Source: Octopus bimaculoides (taxonomy: Eukaryota). Taken from it: 63,466 bases of DNA. Every line of letters begins with the position of its first letter. Within the stretch, counting starts at the first letter, position 1. Location: assembly GCF_001194135.2 (NCBI RefSeq), contig NC_068983.1:136593012-136656477 (forward strand). Reading direction: 5' to 3'. Positions 63,231 through 63,466 of the stretch are shown here, in pieces. Below the pieces are notes generated by a model, which searched no databases, was not told the origin of the DNA, and was given only the letters and a program-made list of their open reading frames with translations. The position numbers and the translations under genes are program-made.

Positions 63231-63466
63231 GATCATCATCATCATCATCATCATCGTTTAACGTCCGCTTTCCATGCTAGCATGGGTTGGACGATTTGAC
63301 TGAGGACTGGTGAAACCGGATGGCAACACCAGGCTCCAGTCTGATTTGGCAGAGTTTCTACAGCTGGATGCCCTTCCTAACGCCAACCACTCAGAGAGTG
63401 TAGTGGGTGCTTTTACGTGTCACCTGCACGAAAACGGCCACGCTCGAAATGGTGTCTTTTATGTGC
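63231..63466 (-). mobile_element. Young RTE 3' UTR/tail copy running off the window end
   Basis: (CAT)n-cgtttaacgtccgctttccatgctagcatgggttggacg. Confidence 0.88.

Larger units (their letters stand above)
62138..63233. mobile_element. Penelope-like composite: inverted terminal module (-), RT fragment (+), terminal module (+)
   Basis: 62160-62290 is the reverse complement of 63120-63233; the tRNA-like heads at 62461-62505 (-) and 63033-63094 (+) also match. Confidence 0.85.

Overview
This is AT-rich eukaryotic DNA with no prokaryotic features. The retroposon landscape looks like an octopus or other coleoid cephalopod genome (inference; no database search was run). The only host gene I can support is an internal part of an L-type voltage-gated calcium channel alpha-1 subunit (Cav1 family) on the + strand. 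It has 15 coding exons between 21117 and 59724 that I spliced by hand into one open frame (2007 nt), running from IS3-IS4 through domain II to the end of the II-III linker. All junction phases are compatible, and one intron (54180-55648) is U12-type. The exons for the N-terminus/IS1-IS3 and for domains III-IV lie outside the window. Almost everything else is intronic transposon debris: several RTE LINE families, R4/Dong-like LINEs, Penelope-like elements, tRNA-derived SINEs, a DD41D Tc1/mariner, hAT- and piggyBac-type MITEs, a foldback element and microsatellites. There are also four N gaps. The best leads are (1) a tRNA-like head joined to a Penelope-type tail carrying a minimal hammerhead ribozyme, in two inverted copies around a Penelope RT fragment, (2) an unannotated phase-compatible candidate alternative exon in the II-III linker, (3) a PHD-like finger inside an RTE ORF2, and (4) several long intronic inverted repeats. 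None is shown to be novel. Most ORF-track entries are shadows of repeats or microsatellites. Repeat boundaries are approximate unless TIRs or TSDs are given.
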